In this document: positions 12,840-25,614 of the stretch, one piece after another
Numbering within the stretch: position 1 is the first letter of the stretch
Layout of the letters: the number at the start of each line of letters is the position of its first letter
Made by a program: the position numbers and the translations under genes
NCBI RefSeq assembly: GCF_006345805.1
Contig: NC_043003.1
Coordinates: forward strand, 98,208,001-98,272,000
DNA: 64,000 nt
Direction of reading: 5' to 3'
Origin: Octopus sinensis
Taxonomy: Eukaryota
Notes under the pieces: model-generated
Seen by the model: the letters and a program-made list of their open reading frames with translations, nothing else
The model's database searches: none
What the model was told of the DNA's origin: nothing

Positions 12840-13470
12840 TTAAACTCTTTTGCATTCAGATTAGTGTGTCAAATATCGTGGTACTCCGTCGGTTACGACA
12901 ACGAGGGTTCCAGCTGATCCGATCCGATCAACTAACTGCTCGTGAAATTAATATGCAAGTGGCTGAGCACTCCACAGACACGTGTACCCTTAACGTAGTT
13001 CTCAGGGAGATTCAGCGTGACACAATGTGTGACAAGGCTGGCCCTTTGTAATACAGGTACAACACAAACAGGAAAAAAGAGTGAGAGATGTTGTGGTGAA
13101 AGAGTACAGCAGGGTTCGCCACCACTCCCTGCCGGAGCCTCATGGAGCTTCAGGTGTTTTCGCTCAATAAACACTCACAACACCCGGTCTGGGAATCGAA
13201 ACCGGGATCCCACGACCGCGTGTCCGCTTCTCTAACCACTGGGCCATTGCGCCTCCACTCTCTCAAATATATAGCTTATTCATTCACATTGTTTTACGTT
13301 AATCATACGGTGTCGTCACATCTTGTAGCTTTGAAATTTCGATGATGCATTTGTGTACTTCTAGAATGATATTGCAGAGTAGTTGTGAGAGGCGTGATCT
13401 GTCCAGTTTGAACATGAAACAGGTAGAATATTTAGGCTTGATACAGCCGGTTTGAGTGCTAAAAGATTAA
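12840..13470. mobile_element. TTAA-bounded MITE (piggyBac-like termini) interrupted by a SINE
   Basis: TTAAACTCTTTTGCATTCAGA left end and TTTGAGTGCTAAAAGATTAA right end form imperfect TIRs inside TTAA. Confidence 0.55.
12877..13256 (-). mobile_element. Chimeric SINE: head B joined to tail A
   Basis: 13070-13256 matches 11300-11488; 12880-13060 matches 2491-2670; TCAAATAT at 12869-12876 and 13263-13270. Confidence 0.85.
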
Positions 13471-14124
13471 AAGGAAATTTGACTGCTATATTTAGCAAGT
13501 CGAGCGACGACGTATATCGACACTTGTTGTTGGTGTTGCTGTTACTTTATTCTAGTAGTTATTGTGTTTTTAAATTGCTATGTATTAGTGATTATTTGTT
13601 GTTCTTGTTATATTGTAGCTTTATTGTTGCCGAAATTATTCTTAATTTGTTTCTAACTATTGCTTTTGTACTTTAGACCTAGGTAAAATCTAATCATAAG
13701 CGCTCCAGCTGTGACCATGACGTCAATTATTTCAGACACGGTGTCTTTCCGATTACATTATATATTACTCAACGTGTCCCTATTGTTAAGGCAGCATTTT
13801 AAAGAGAATTTGACTGCTATTTGTAGCATGTCAAGCGACTGCATTTTACGGAATTTGTTACTGTTACTTTTACTAGTAGTTACTGTAGTTTTTTTCACAA
13901 TTCCTATTTATTATATTGTTATTGTTTCTGTTGTTGTTGTTGTTGTTGTTGCTGTTGTTGATGAAGTAGTCATTGCTGTTATTTTTGTTGTATTTTTGAA
14001 AAGTTTATTTAGTTAAATAATTTCTATTAAATTGAAATAATATATATTTTTTTTTCGCTACATGTTTTAAGAATATCAGGACTTTTTAAACAGTAGCAAT
14101 GCGCAAGGGCAACGAAGACGGAAA

Positions 14125-14130
14125 GAGAGA

Positions 14131-14170
<40 letters not shown>

Positions 14171-15010
14171 AGAAAGGAAAGAGGAAGAGTGAGAGAGAGA
14201 TTGAGACAAAAACGAAGACAGAGAGAAAAAGAGGAAGAGAGATAAATTGCAGGAGAGATAGACAGAGAGACAGAAAGACCGAAGGAGAGAGAAAGAGAGA
14301 GAGAGAGGGGGGAGCGAAAGAGAGCGAAGGAGTGAGAGAAAGAGAGGGAGGAAACAAGAGAGAGAGGGGTATGAAAGAGAGAGAAAGAGACAGAAGAGAG
14401 GAGAGAGAGAGAAAAAGAGAGAGGGAGAATGAGAAGGCGAAAAATGTTTGCTAACAACAGCAGAGATGTGATAGTTGGTATGGGATGGGTGTTGGAAATG
14501 AAAAAGGTCTAAAAATAAACAGATGAATATATAAATAGATAATTAATTAAACAAATAGATAAATACAACTACCCGGCAATATTTAAATTAGAAACTTGGA
14601 TACATAAGTATTTCACTTAGAGAGGAAGAGAAGAAAGCGGGACGAAAGAAAGTAATAATAGATAAAAACACAAATAAAAAGAAAATACGTACAAATATAA
14701 GGAAAGAAACATAAATAGAATGAGAGAATAGAAAGAAAAATTAGGAAGAAAAGAAGACAGAAAAAAAGTAAATAAATGAAAGAAACATGGCGAAGGAAAA
14801 GAAGAAAATGATAAATAAGGAAGAAAAGAAATAGAAAAAAATGGAGGGTAAATGATAATGAGAAAATGGCGGAGATGAAATAAGTAAGTGGTAAAATAAT
14901 GAGAAGGAAGGAAAGAAGGAGAAATAAAGGGAAAAAAAGGAATGAAACAGAAATGAAAGAATAGGAAGAGATGAAAACAAAGACAGATATTGAATGAGAA
15001 AAAGAAAGAA
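14125..15010. repeat. Polypurine (GA)n and A/G-rich low-complexity tract
   Basis: Direct read. Confidence 0.85.
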
Positions 15011-15020
15011 ATATTATAGA

Positions 15021-15127
15021 AGGCGCAGGCGTGCCTATGTGGTAAGAAGCTTGCTTCCCAACCACATGGTTCTGTGTTCAGTCCCACTGTGTGGCACCTT
15101 GGGCAAGTGTCTCCTACTATAGTCTCG
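15021..15127 (+). mobile_element. SINE head D (truncated)
   Basis: GGCGTGCCTATGTGGTAAGAAG...GTTCAGTCCC..GGCACCTTGGGCAAGTGTCT; longer minus copies at 39470-39845 and 43570-44010. Confidence 0.8.
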
Positions 15128-15628
15128 TGACAGAGAAAAAAAATTGGTACGACCACAAACCCGAAGGCATTATCAAAAATGATAATGCAAAGATCCTGTG
15201 GGATTTTATGATTCAGTGTGACCATGAGATAGAGAATAGGAAGCCAGACATAGTCTTAATTGAGAAAGTAAACTATGCTGGATCAGGGATATAGTTATAC
15301 CCAGCTGACAAGATATGCGATAAGGAAGAAAGAAAAGTCGATAGGTATGACAGATTAGCTTTGGAGGTTAAGCAGTTGTGGTCAAAGAAAAATGTAATAG
15401 TGGTACCAATAATTGTCGGATCCCTGGGAACAGTGAGTAAAAATCTCGAGAAGTACACGGAACAAAAAGGGGCTGCAATAAGGGTGAGCACTTGCAGAAA
15501 ACAGCACTGCTAGGAACCGCTCGAATACTCCGGAAGGTGCCCGAAAAATAAGGGGTGTTACCTTAGTTCACTGGTAGTGAACATCTGACACTGTAGTACA
15601 TCTCCAGCGTTAGAAGCTGTGCAGAGGC
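15128..15628 (+). mobile_element. RLE-type (R2/R4-Dong-like) LINE 3' fragment
   Basis: WYDHKPEGIIKNDNAKILWDF..RKPDIVLIEK; later KVDRYDRL..VVPIIVGSLG..ALLGTARILRK; ends in (AAT)n. Confidence 0.85.
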
Positions 15629-15700
<72 letters not shown>

Positions 15701-15910
15701 CCTTTCTACTGAAAGCACAAGGCCTCAAATTTGGGTGAAGGGATTAAGTCGATTAGATCAATCTCAGTGCGTAACTGGTACTTATTTAATCGACCCTGAA
15801 AGATGAAAAGCAAAGTCGACCTCGGCGGAATTTGAACTCAGAACGTAGTGGCAGACGAAATACTGCTAAGCATTTCCTCGACATGCTAACGATTCGGCCA
15901 GCTCGCCGCC

Positions 15911-15911
<1 letters not shown>
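15701..15911 (-). mobile_element. tRNA-derived SINE (head E, alternative tail) between (AAT)n tracts
   Basis: Head AGGCGGCGAGCTGGC on the minus strand; flanked by (AAT)n 15629-15700 and 15912-16070. Confidence 0.85.
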
Positions 15912-15983
<72 letters not shown>

Positions 15984-15994
15984 TAATAATAATG

Positions 15995-16058
<64 letters not shown>

Positions 16059-16070
16059 AAATAATAATCA

Positions 16071-16378
16071 AAAGGGGCTGATTGCTACTTAGCTCAGATA
16101 CCACGAAAGCCCCAAATGGCAGAAATTCAAAAGATAGTGCTCATGAAAACTGCCCATATCCTACGCAAATTACTTTCTATGTAATCTCAAGATTTAAAAC
16201 AAACACATAATTTTCTTATGGTTTCTTAAACATTCTCTAGAACAACACTATGTACAAAACCAAACATATAGCACCCTAGGCATAACACCAACAGGAACTT
16301 CCAACTTGTTGTTTCTTCAGGTCTCTGGGTGAGACTTGGAGCCAGCTTGTGCAAATGTAAAGCAAAGGTCAAACATAA
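16071..16378 (+). mobile_element. Second RLE-LINE 3' end between (AAT)n tracts
   Basis: QKIVLMKTAHILRKLLSM* followed by a distinct 3' UTR and AAT repeats. Confidence 0.65.
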
Positions 16379-16414
16379 AATAATAATAATAACAACAACA
16401 ACAACAATAATAAT

Positions 16415-16615
16415 AATCCTTTCTATTATAGGCACAAGGCCTTAAATTTGTGGGGAGGGGACTAGTAGCGTTTCACTGGTACTTAATTTAAGGACTCCGA
16501 AAGGATAAAAGGCAAAGTCAACCACGGCGGAATTCGAACTCAGAACGTAGCTACGGGCAAAATACCGCTAAGCATTTCGTCCAGCGTGCTAACGATTCTG
16601 CCAGGTCGCCGCCTT
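16415..16615 (-). mobile_element. tRNA-derived SINE (head E, alternative tail)
   Basis: Homologous to 15701-15911; AAT tracts on both sides. Confidence 0.85.
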
Positions 16616-16635
16616 AGTAATAATATTAATAATAA

Positions 16636-16790
16636 TAACAAATGCTTTGCATCCTTAGCACGGCCAGAATAATCAGGAAAGTATTAGATTGGTGGAAAAA
16701 ACGGATAGCATTGAACCGTAGGCTGCAGGTAGCAAGCCCGCTACGCATGAGAGACTCCAGGAGCTCCAACAAAACCTGTGATAAAGAGAA
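16636..16790 (+). mobile_element. Third RLE-LINE extreme 3' end between (AAT)n tracts
   Basis: LSTARIIRKVLDW resembles the conserved LGTARILRKVL C-terminus; short 3' UTR. Confidence 0.55.
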
Positions 16791-17089
16791 ATAATAATGA
16801 CGACGATGATAACAACGACAATAACAACAACAACAACAACAATAATGATAATAACAATCACTCATTATCGTAGTCCTTTTCTCATTCCCGTTCCATGTTT
16901 CATTTAAATGTCCTCCCCTGCCTCTATACTCTTGTATTCTAATTTCTTTTGTTTCTGGCTTGATTTTATTATCATTATTATTATCATTTATATTTCTTTT
17001 CCAACAGTCTAATCTGTTGAGTGTATAGGAATAACAACAACAACGACGACGACGACGACGACGATGATGATGATGATGATGATGATGAT

Positions 17090-17956
17090 AATAATAATAA
17101 GTACATTGTTTTGTCTTGGTATAAAAGATGGGCTAAAACAAATATTCTGCTCAATACCACAAATTTGCTTGTCAGTAGTTTGACCGTAACCAGTTGAGCA
17201 TGTCCCTTAGTGGCTGACGATATGTGCATCTCTGATCACGAGCAGAAATAGGGGGGGGGGGAGCATCATAGCCATGTGTTGAGAGGGATTCTTTGGGGTT
17301 TAAATAATTCACCTCTGGAAACATGGGTGTTTCGTTCAACATCCTTAAACAACCCTTGCTCAGGGACCTTTTGAGCGAGATGGGTTACTCGACCTGAAGA
17401 AAATTATAAGTGGGCCCCACCTGCAAGGTCATGTGCTGTTTATCTTGATATGAGATCACCATGTCGCGCACATATGGTTGTGATGCATGTGCCTGGTGTA
17501 CCTTTATCAGACGGGTAGTCATGATGGGTATATTGAGCTTCGTATATTTTACCCCAGTGTCACTTTGATGGCATGAACTGCTCTCTCACTCAATAATAAT
17601 AATAAGTACGTTGTTTTGTCTTGGTATAAAAGATGGGCTACAACAAATATTCTGCTCAATACTACAGATTTGCTTGTCAGTTGTTTGACCTTAACCAGTT
17701 GAGCATGTCCCTTGGTGGCTGACGATATGTGCATCTCTGATCACGAGAAGAAATAGTGGTGGGGGGGCATCATAGCCATGTGTTGAGAGGGATTCTTTTG
17801 GGTTTGAATAATTCACCTCTGGAAACATGGGTGTTTCGTTCAACATCCTTAAACAACCCTTGTTCAGGATCCTTTTGAGCGGGATGGGTTACTCGACCTG
17901 AAGAAAATTCTAAGTGGGCCCCATCTGCGAGGTCATGTGCTGTTTATCTTGATATG
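17090..17956. repeat. Tandem duplication of a ~500-bp unclassified repeat (1.7 units)
   Basis: AATAATAAGTAC(A/G)TTGTTTTGTCTTGGTATAAAAGATGGGC starts at about 17093 and 17596; the units are highly similar; the second is truncated. Confidence 0.9.
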
Positions 17957-19489
17957 ACGAAAAGTAGGAGACAATGAAGGAGTCGGTAGAGTATTCATCA
18001 GTATCATTCAATTATAACAATTCTGTTAATATATAATCTTTATGTGACTGTTACACGAACGAAGACTGCGTCCCGTGCCGTATTCCTGGCAACGAATAGT
18101 GTCCGGTATTTCCTTCCAAGTTTTTTCTTGAGTAAGTCTCGCAGGTGTGACTTCGAAAGATAAAAAAAAAAACTTCGTTGAAGAAAGGTGTTAACTGTGT
18201 CGATACAATATTACATTTTAACCAAAAACCAACAAAATTATTATCTGATAGATAAATGACAGTTAAACGAAATGATCGGTAGGACAAATAGTTTTTCAGC
18301 CATTTTGCTTTTCGCATCATGTAGGTGCATCGTTTGTGTACAAATAACATTTTCTAGAAAATGATTAACTTAAAGTTAATAGAGGGAAGTGAAGAACTGA
18401 TGAAAGAAGGAAGGAAAACAGAAGTGATAAAAAAAAAGGGAAAAGGAGAGAATGGTAATTAGGATTCGTGAAAACCGTTTAACCATTTTGTTTTTTCCTT
18501 TTGTTTTGGGTAAATGCAATATTTTCCAGACAAACGAAAATATTATTTTAGAAATTAAGAAAAACTTTTAACTGACGACATACATATATAGTCATACTAC
18601 TTAGGCTTGAAAACATCAGTAAATATCCTACTTGTTCTAAATACTACTACTGGTTTTGATTTAATGCATAAATGAACATTAACGTTCTTTAGCTGTTGTC
18701 GTTTATATTATTGTTCGTTAGTCCCACGTCAGCCCTGATCTAGCAAACATATTTTCAAAGATAGCGATATGAAGACAGTCACGACTATTCATTAGGAATG
18801 ATGACCCGGGTTACGGTATCTTATGTGTCGTTTTTAAAACGATGGAATGTGATTTAAGAAGAGCTTGGCTCGTTAGTTATGGCTGTTGAGATTTTAAAGG
18901 AGTGGAGATTACTGAGAGTGTAAAGATGTTTTGCTGTGACTGGTATGTTACTTCAGCTAGAACCTCAGTCGACTCAAAAATTGTGAGTAAAATAAATGAA
19001 TAATTATAAATGAATAAAATTGCGCTGCCAGAAACATATGGTTGCCCGTATTATTTGAACTACTTTAACACTAAGTTTGGCTAATGGGTACCAATGGAGA
19101 ACACTCTATTGGTCGCATTCGGGTCAGATTTATTTGTGGGGCAATCTTCTTGCTCAACCCAATTGAAAAACGTTATTCGTCGGTGTTGAGTGCATAAAGA
19201 CTAGCGAAGTATGTATTTAAAAAGGTGAGAATGTCCTATTCCTATCTCATTTCTCTCCCCAGGATTATCATAGGGTCTCACTTTTGGTAAAAAGAGCAAC
19301 TACATAAGGGACAAATAAAAGATTATAGATGAACCCCACATAATTCAAATAATATACCATTAAAATTTAATTCACAAACGATTCGTCAGCGTAACATATG
19401 ATTTTGACCCTCTGCTATATCGGACTTTCGTTCGCCCACAAATGCTCCTTAAGTCCGCCTATTCGGAGTGAGCGTCTTTCAAACAATGA

Positions 19490-19525
<36 letters not shown>

Positions 19526-19527
<2 letters not shown>

Positions 19528-19712
19528 CGGGAAGGTTTACGAATATAAACAAAAGTAGAAGGCAGGTGGAGTACTAACAAACAATGTATTAGTATGGCGC
19601 TCAGGAATAGAAATAAAACAGGTCTTTTACGTTTCGAGCCTACGCTCGTCGACAGAAAGATACACAGAAAAGAAACAAGGAGAGAAAAAATTGCGTGTAG
19701 GGGCTAACGATC
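19526..19712 (-). mobile_element. H1-family repeat copy with disrupted hammerhead core
   Basis: Reverse complement of 559-735; core reads CTG-TCG-ACGA-GCGTAGGCTC-GAAA-CGT-A; (TA)n flanks. Confidence 0.75.
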
Positions 19713-19714
19713 CA

Positions 19715-19810
<96 letters not shown>

Positions 19811-19929
19811 TTATATATATATATAAAATGTATATATGTATGTACATATATTCCTTTAATCTTTTAATCTTCGCCTTGAAGAATTTTAGTGGATTGAATC
19901 AGCGCCAGTACTTTTTATCTTTTAAGCCT

Positions 19930-20945
19930 GGCACTTCTATCACATACATACATACGCAAACACACATACGTAAACATACATACATACACACACATACATA
20001 CATAAACATACATACATAAACATACATACATACACAAACATACATGCATAAACATACATACATACACACATATACATACACACACACATACAAACACAAA
20101 CATACACACACAAACATACACTCACATACATACACACACATACATATACACACAAACATACACACACAAACATACACACACAAACATACACACACAATCA
20201 TACACATACATACATATACCTACATAGACATACATACATACATACACACATACACACATACATAGACATACATACACACACATACATACATACATACATA
20301 CAAACATACATATACATAAGTACCTACATACACACACATACACACATACATACATACACACATACACATACCTGCATACATACACATACGCATACATACA
20401 TATACATACATTCACATACACCTATATACATACACATACATGCACATACATACATGCACAAACACATACATAGATACATATGCATACATACACATACATA
20501 TACATACATAAACACACATACATACAGGCATACATACACAGACATACATACACAGACATACACACACATACATTCTACACAAACGTACATACACACACAC
20601 ATACATACACACACATACGTACATACATACACATGCATACATACAGACATGCACAAACATACATGCACATACACATACATACATGCACATGCATACTCAT
20701 ACATACAAACATATATATACATACATGCACATACATACAAACATATACATACATACATGCACATACAGACCCCACATACATACACATACAAACACATACA
20801 TACAGATGCATGCATGCACGTACTGGCATACACATGAATACATGCACATACACATACAGCATACAGATATGCACATACAGACATACACATATATACAGAT
20901 ATGCACAAAACAAACATTCACAAACATACATACACATACATGCAC
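19930..20945. repeat. About 1 kb compound (CA)/(CATA) microsatellite
   Basis: Direct read. Confidence 0.95.
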
Positions 20946-22405
20946 ATTTTTTTAAATATTGTTTTTTAATAATTTTCTAAAATATTTTTTTAATATTCTT
21001 TTTGTAATATTTTCTTTGTAATTTTTTTGTAATATTTTTTTTGTAATAATTTTTTGTAATATTTGGTTTTTTTACCAATATTTTTTTTGTAATATTTTTA
21101 TTGTTATAATTTTTTTTCATATTTTTTGTCATATATTTTTTGTAATATTTTTTTGTCATATTTTTTTGTACTATTTTTTTGTAATATTTTTTTGTGATAA
21201 TTTTTTGTGATATTTTTTTTAATATTTGCTTTATATTTTTTAAATATTTTCTTAATATTTAAAAAAAATTTTTTTTTAAATTTTTTTTAATTAATTTTTT
21301 TTATTTAATTTTAAAAAATTATTTTTTTAATTAATTTTTTTAAATAATTTTTTTAAAATAATTTTTTTTCAATTAATTTCTTTTTGATTCATTTTTTAAA
21401 TTCATTTTTTGTTAACCTTTTTTAACCTTTTTTATTTTATTGATTGTTTTTCAATTAATTTTTTTAAAATAATGTTTTTCTAATTAATTTTTTTCTTAAT
21501 TAAAATTTTTATGAATTAATTATTTTGTTAATTAATTTTTAAAATTATCTCTTTTAATTAATTATTTAAAAATTACTTTCTTTTTTAATTATTTTTTAAA
21601 ATTAATTTTTGTTAATTAATTTTTTTAATTGATTTTTTAAAATTAATTTTCTTTTAATTAATCTGTTTTAATTAATTAAATTTTTTTCAATTAATGTTTT
21701 TTTAATTAATTTTTTTTTCAAATAATTTTTTTAAAATTAATTTTCTTTTAATTAATCTGTTTTAATTAATTAAATTTTTTTGTAATTAATTTTTTTAAAT
21801 TTTTTTTAATTAATTGATTTTTAAATAATTTTTTTAAATAATTTGTTTTTTGATTAATTTTTTTTCATTAATTTTTTTAAATTAATTTTTTCAATTATTT
21901 TGTTTTTTAATTAATTGATTTTTAAATAATTTTTTTAAATAATTTTTTTTACAAATTTTTTTTTAATTAACTTTTTGTTTTAATTAATTTTTTTACAATT
22001 ATTTTTTTAAAATTTATTTTTTTAATAAATTAAAAAAATTTTTTTTATTATTTTTTATTATAATTTTTTTAAAATTATTTTTAAAATTAATTTTAAAAAA
22101 ATATTTTTAAAAAATTTGTTTTTAAATTAATTTTTTTTTATAATCAATTTTTTTAAAATTAATTTTTTCTCGATTAATTTTGTTTTTAATAACTTTTTTA
22201 AAATAATTTGGTTTTTGATTAATTTTTTTAAAATTATTTTTTTTCAATTTGTTAAAAAAATTTTTTTTTTAGTTAATTTTTTTTAGTAATTTTTAAATGA
22301 ATTTTTTTTAATGAATTGTTTAAAATTAATTTTAAAAAAAATTTCTATATTGATTTTTTTAATTAATTTTTTTGTAATTAATTTTTTTTTAATTATTTTT
22401 TTTTA
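20946..22405. repeat. T-rich, almost G/C-free degenerate minisatellite
   Basis: TTTTTTTGTAATAT-like units grading into TTTTTTAATTAAT-like units. Confidence 0.9.
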
Positions 22406-22606
22406 CCCACATATATAAAGAAAGTTAATCTTTGTGATTTCGAAGTTTCCCCGGTGCTGCTTGTGATAGCCTTGTCAATAATTTTCAAATAAAGTTAACC
22501 TTCAAATATAACTGGGTGCTCTATATCTTTTCAGTATGATTTTATATGATGACACATTCACTCACACATGGATATACACGCACACACACACACTGATAAT
22601 AAATAT

Positions 22607-23118
22607 TTAACACATTGCCTACAAGAGCTCCATTTGGAGATCTGCTAAAAATAGTCTCACTGCCGGTTGTTCGTTGTGTTTAAAGTGAATTGCGTAAGTA
22701 TATTGCATTTGCAGAGGTGTGTTTAACAATATTTAGTAGTTAAAGTTTGTCATTTTTAGCTCTGGCTAATTCTAGAGGACATTTTATGTCATAAATCGCA
22801 ATTTTCGAACTACAAAAGTATTGACTTATTTGAAAACTTTTTTGTTTTTACATTTCCTATCTATATCATTCATTGATATTTCATACACATTTGCATTTGA
22901 TACTATAGTTTCAAGAAAACTAACATGTTTATTATTTCAGTTGAATAGAAAAGGATAAATATGCTTTTTTTTTTCAGCGATCCCCATTTTGGACTTCTCG
23001 AAAAAATTATAAGTTTCAAAATATTTCACATATGAAGAAAATTTAAATATATATAACTCCTAATACATCTGGAACGTCAAAAAATATGAATAAAAGAACT
23101 TCGCAGTTAATGGGTTAA
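22607..23118. mobile_element. Possible TTAA-bounded MITE
   Basis: TTAACACATT at left versus AATGGGTTAA at right (9/10 inverted match). Confidence 0.3.
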
Positions 23119-23120
23119 AC

Positions 23121-23430
23121 CAGTGCTACTCAAAGTAGTGGTCCTCAGACCGGTGCCGGTCCGCGAGCCATCAGCTGCCTGTACGTGGCGAGTTTCCAGA
23201 AAAGAAGGAAACTTAACATGATTATAAAATGCTTATAAAATGCTTATGTACTATTGTATTATTTGTTTACAAAATAAAATATAAGATAAAACAAAATTGT
23301 TAACTTTTATTACACCCATTATATAATTGTCTCCGGTATAAATTAATACTACTAAGAAATATTATTGGTCCCAGGCACATTGGAAAAAAAAACTGCCGCT
23401 ATGCCACATCAGATAGTTTGAGAGGCACTG
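23121..23430. mobile_element. hAT (Charlie/MER5-like) MITE
   Basis: TIRs CAGTGCTACTCAAAGT / AGTTTGAGAGGCACTG; flanks GGTTAAAC and (G)GTTAAAC give a 7-8 bp TSD with central TA. Confidence 0.8.
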
Positions 23431-23963
23431 GTTAAACTACGGTTCAGCTGACACTATTTCTCTCTCTATTTGAATCTTCCTAACCAGTGTGGTTCCTATC
23501 ATCTTTTATCTCTTACATCCCCTCTCTCACACACTATTTTATCTGGGCTTACTCTTCCGCAGTTCTCTTTCACTCTCACACATCCTTCTTTCATATCTAG
23601 CTTTTCTTCCCGTCTCTCTCTCTCACTCTCTCTCTCTTTTTCTCTCTCTCCTTCGTACTCTTTCTTTCACTTTCCTACTTTCAGTCACACCTTTCTATCG
23701 CTCTTGTGACAAAGCGATTTTCCTTTCGTTTTTATCAATCTGTCTGTCTGTTTCTCTCCCTGTCTCTGTCTCTCTCTCTCTCTGTCTGTCTCCTTCTCTC
23801 GCTCTCTCTGTCTGTTTCTATCTCTGTCTCTGCCTTTGTCTGTCTGTAATCTACGCTTTTCTGCCTATGTTCATTCACTTATCTTAAACTGCTCCTCTTG
23901 TTTTAGTTTTAGTTTTGTGTCTCTAAAACTTCACTCTCCTTCTTTCTCACTCACAAACTCTCT

Positions 23964-24073
<110 letters not shown>

Positions 24074-24087
24074 CTATCTATCTATCT

Positions 24088-25000
24088 ACGAACCTGGACG
24101 TCGACGAGGAATACCTGACCCGCCTGTTCAGGAAGACTTTCGGGCCAGGGCCCATGGGCAACTTTCAGAGATCCCTGGCCTGGCAGTGCTACCGAGAAGC
24201 GCTACCCGTTCGGGATAAGCTCTACAGACACGGCTAGAGAAACACGGGGACAACCTGCACGAGATGCGGTCAGAGAGACGAAACCGTTCTGCACGCACTC
24301 GTGCAGTGTCCAACAATTACCGACCTGTGGGCTTATGTTGAACGACTGCTGTCACGTGTGAGACGAGTCGGTTTATCAGCCGAGTTTATTGTCACGCCTC
24401 CTTCCTTCAAACGGGAAGGAAGAGCTATTTTCATCATCCTTGTGGCTATAGCGAAAGAATGTATCTGATGGACGCGTCTGAAAGGATTGGAGACAAACAC
24501 TTTCCTCTCTGGTCAATCTCTCATCAACATTTTCAAGTATCACTTGAAAAGGAAAGTAAGAATAGAGAGGCAAATTTTGTCTAGCGAATGTTTGAAAAAA
24601 AAATGGGTGAATGTAGTAAGGATGGCACGTATGAATGACAAAGCCACCTTGAGCATAATCCTATGAACCCGGAAAATTTAAAACAGAGGGTTACCTACTT
24701 GCAAATAAATGTGGTAACATGTAACATTATTGACCGAGGTTACCGTGGTCTTTTCCGTAGGCTTTTCTTCCCACGGATAAACCTTATCTGCTTCCACCTT
24801 TACATTTTACATCATGACACTGTGATACACAATCCCTATTGATCGTTTTTTTTCTTTTCCCTTTTATTTTCTTCTTTCCCTTTTACGATCCCTTTTGATC
24901 GAAAACCTACGCCACTTTTTTTTCTCTCCTCAAAAATGAAAAGCTCTACTTTGTAATCTGTCCCGTCTGTGTGCAGCCTTGTGTGGCTAATAAAGAAACA
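24088..25000 (+). mobile_element. 5'-truncated Tx1-like copy inside (TATC)n
   Basis: Aligns to 33513-34487 (zf C-terminus plus 3' UTR); (TATC)n at 23965-24087 and 25001-25085. Confidence 0.95.
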
Positions 25001-25029
25001 TATCTATCTATCTATCTATCTATCTATCA

Positions 25030-25074
<45 letters not shown>

Positions 25075-25085
25075 ACTATCTATCT

Positions 25086-25429
25086 AAAAGAAATATAACA
25101 TGTGACTTCATTGACCGAAGTTACCGTGGTCTTTTCCGTAGGCTTTTCCTTCCACGGGTAAACCTCACCTGTCCTCTCCTTTACACTTCATATTGACATT
25201 TCTGTGATTACGATCCCTATTGATCAACTTTTTTTTTCCTCTCCCCTTTTCTTTTTTCCCCTCTCCCCCCCCCCTTTTTAAAAAATCCTCCCCTTCTTTT
25301 GTCCTCTTTCTTTCCTTTTACGATCCCTTTTGATCGAAAACCAACCCCCTTTTTTTACCCCCAAAAGAAAAGCTCTACCTTGTAATTTGTTCTGTCTGTG
25401 TGCAGCCCTGTGTGGCTAATAAAGAAACA
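25086..25429 (+). mobile_element. Tx1-like 3' UTR-only copy inside (TATC)n
   Basis: Aligns to about 34140-34487; TATC on both sides. Confidence 0.95.
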
Positions 25430-25542
25430 TATCTAACTATCTATTTATCTTTTTGTCTGTCTACCTGCTTGTCTGTCTGTCGTCTATCTATCTATCTATT
25501 ATTCTATCTATCAATCCATCTGTCTGTTTATGTGTCTGTCTG

Positions 25543-25614
<72 letters not shown>

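Noticed and set aside
17212-17280. CTGACGA...GAAA in the 500-bp tandem unit
   Set aside because: Stem II does not close next to the cores, and no UH follows a valid stem III.
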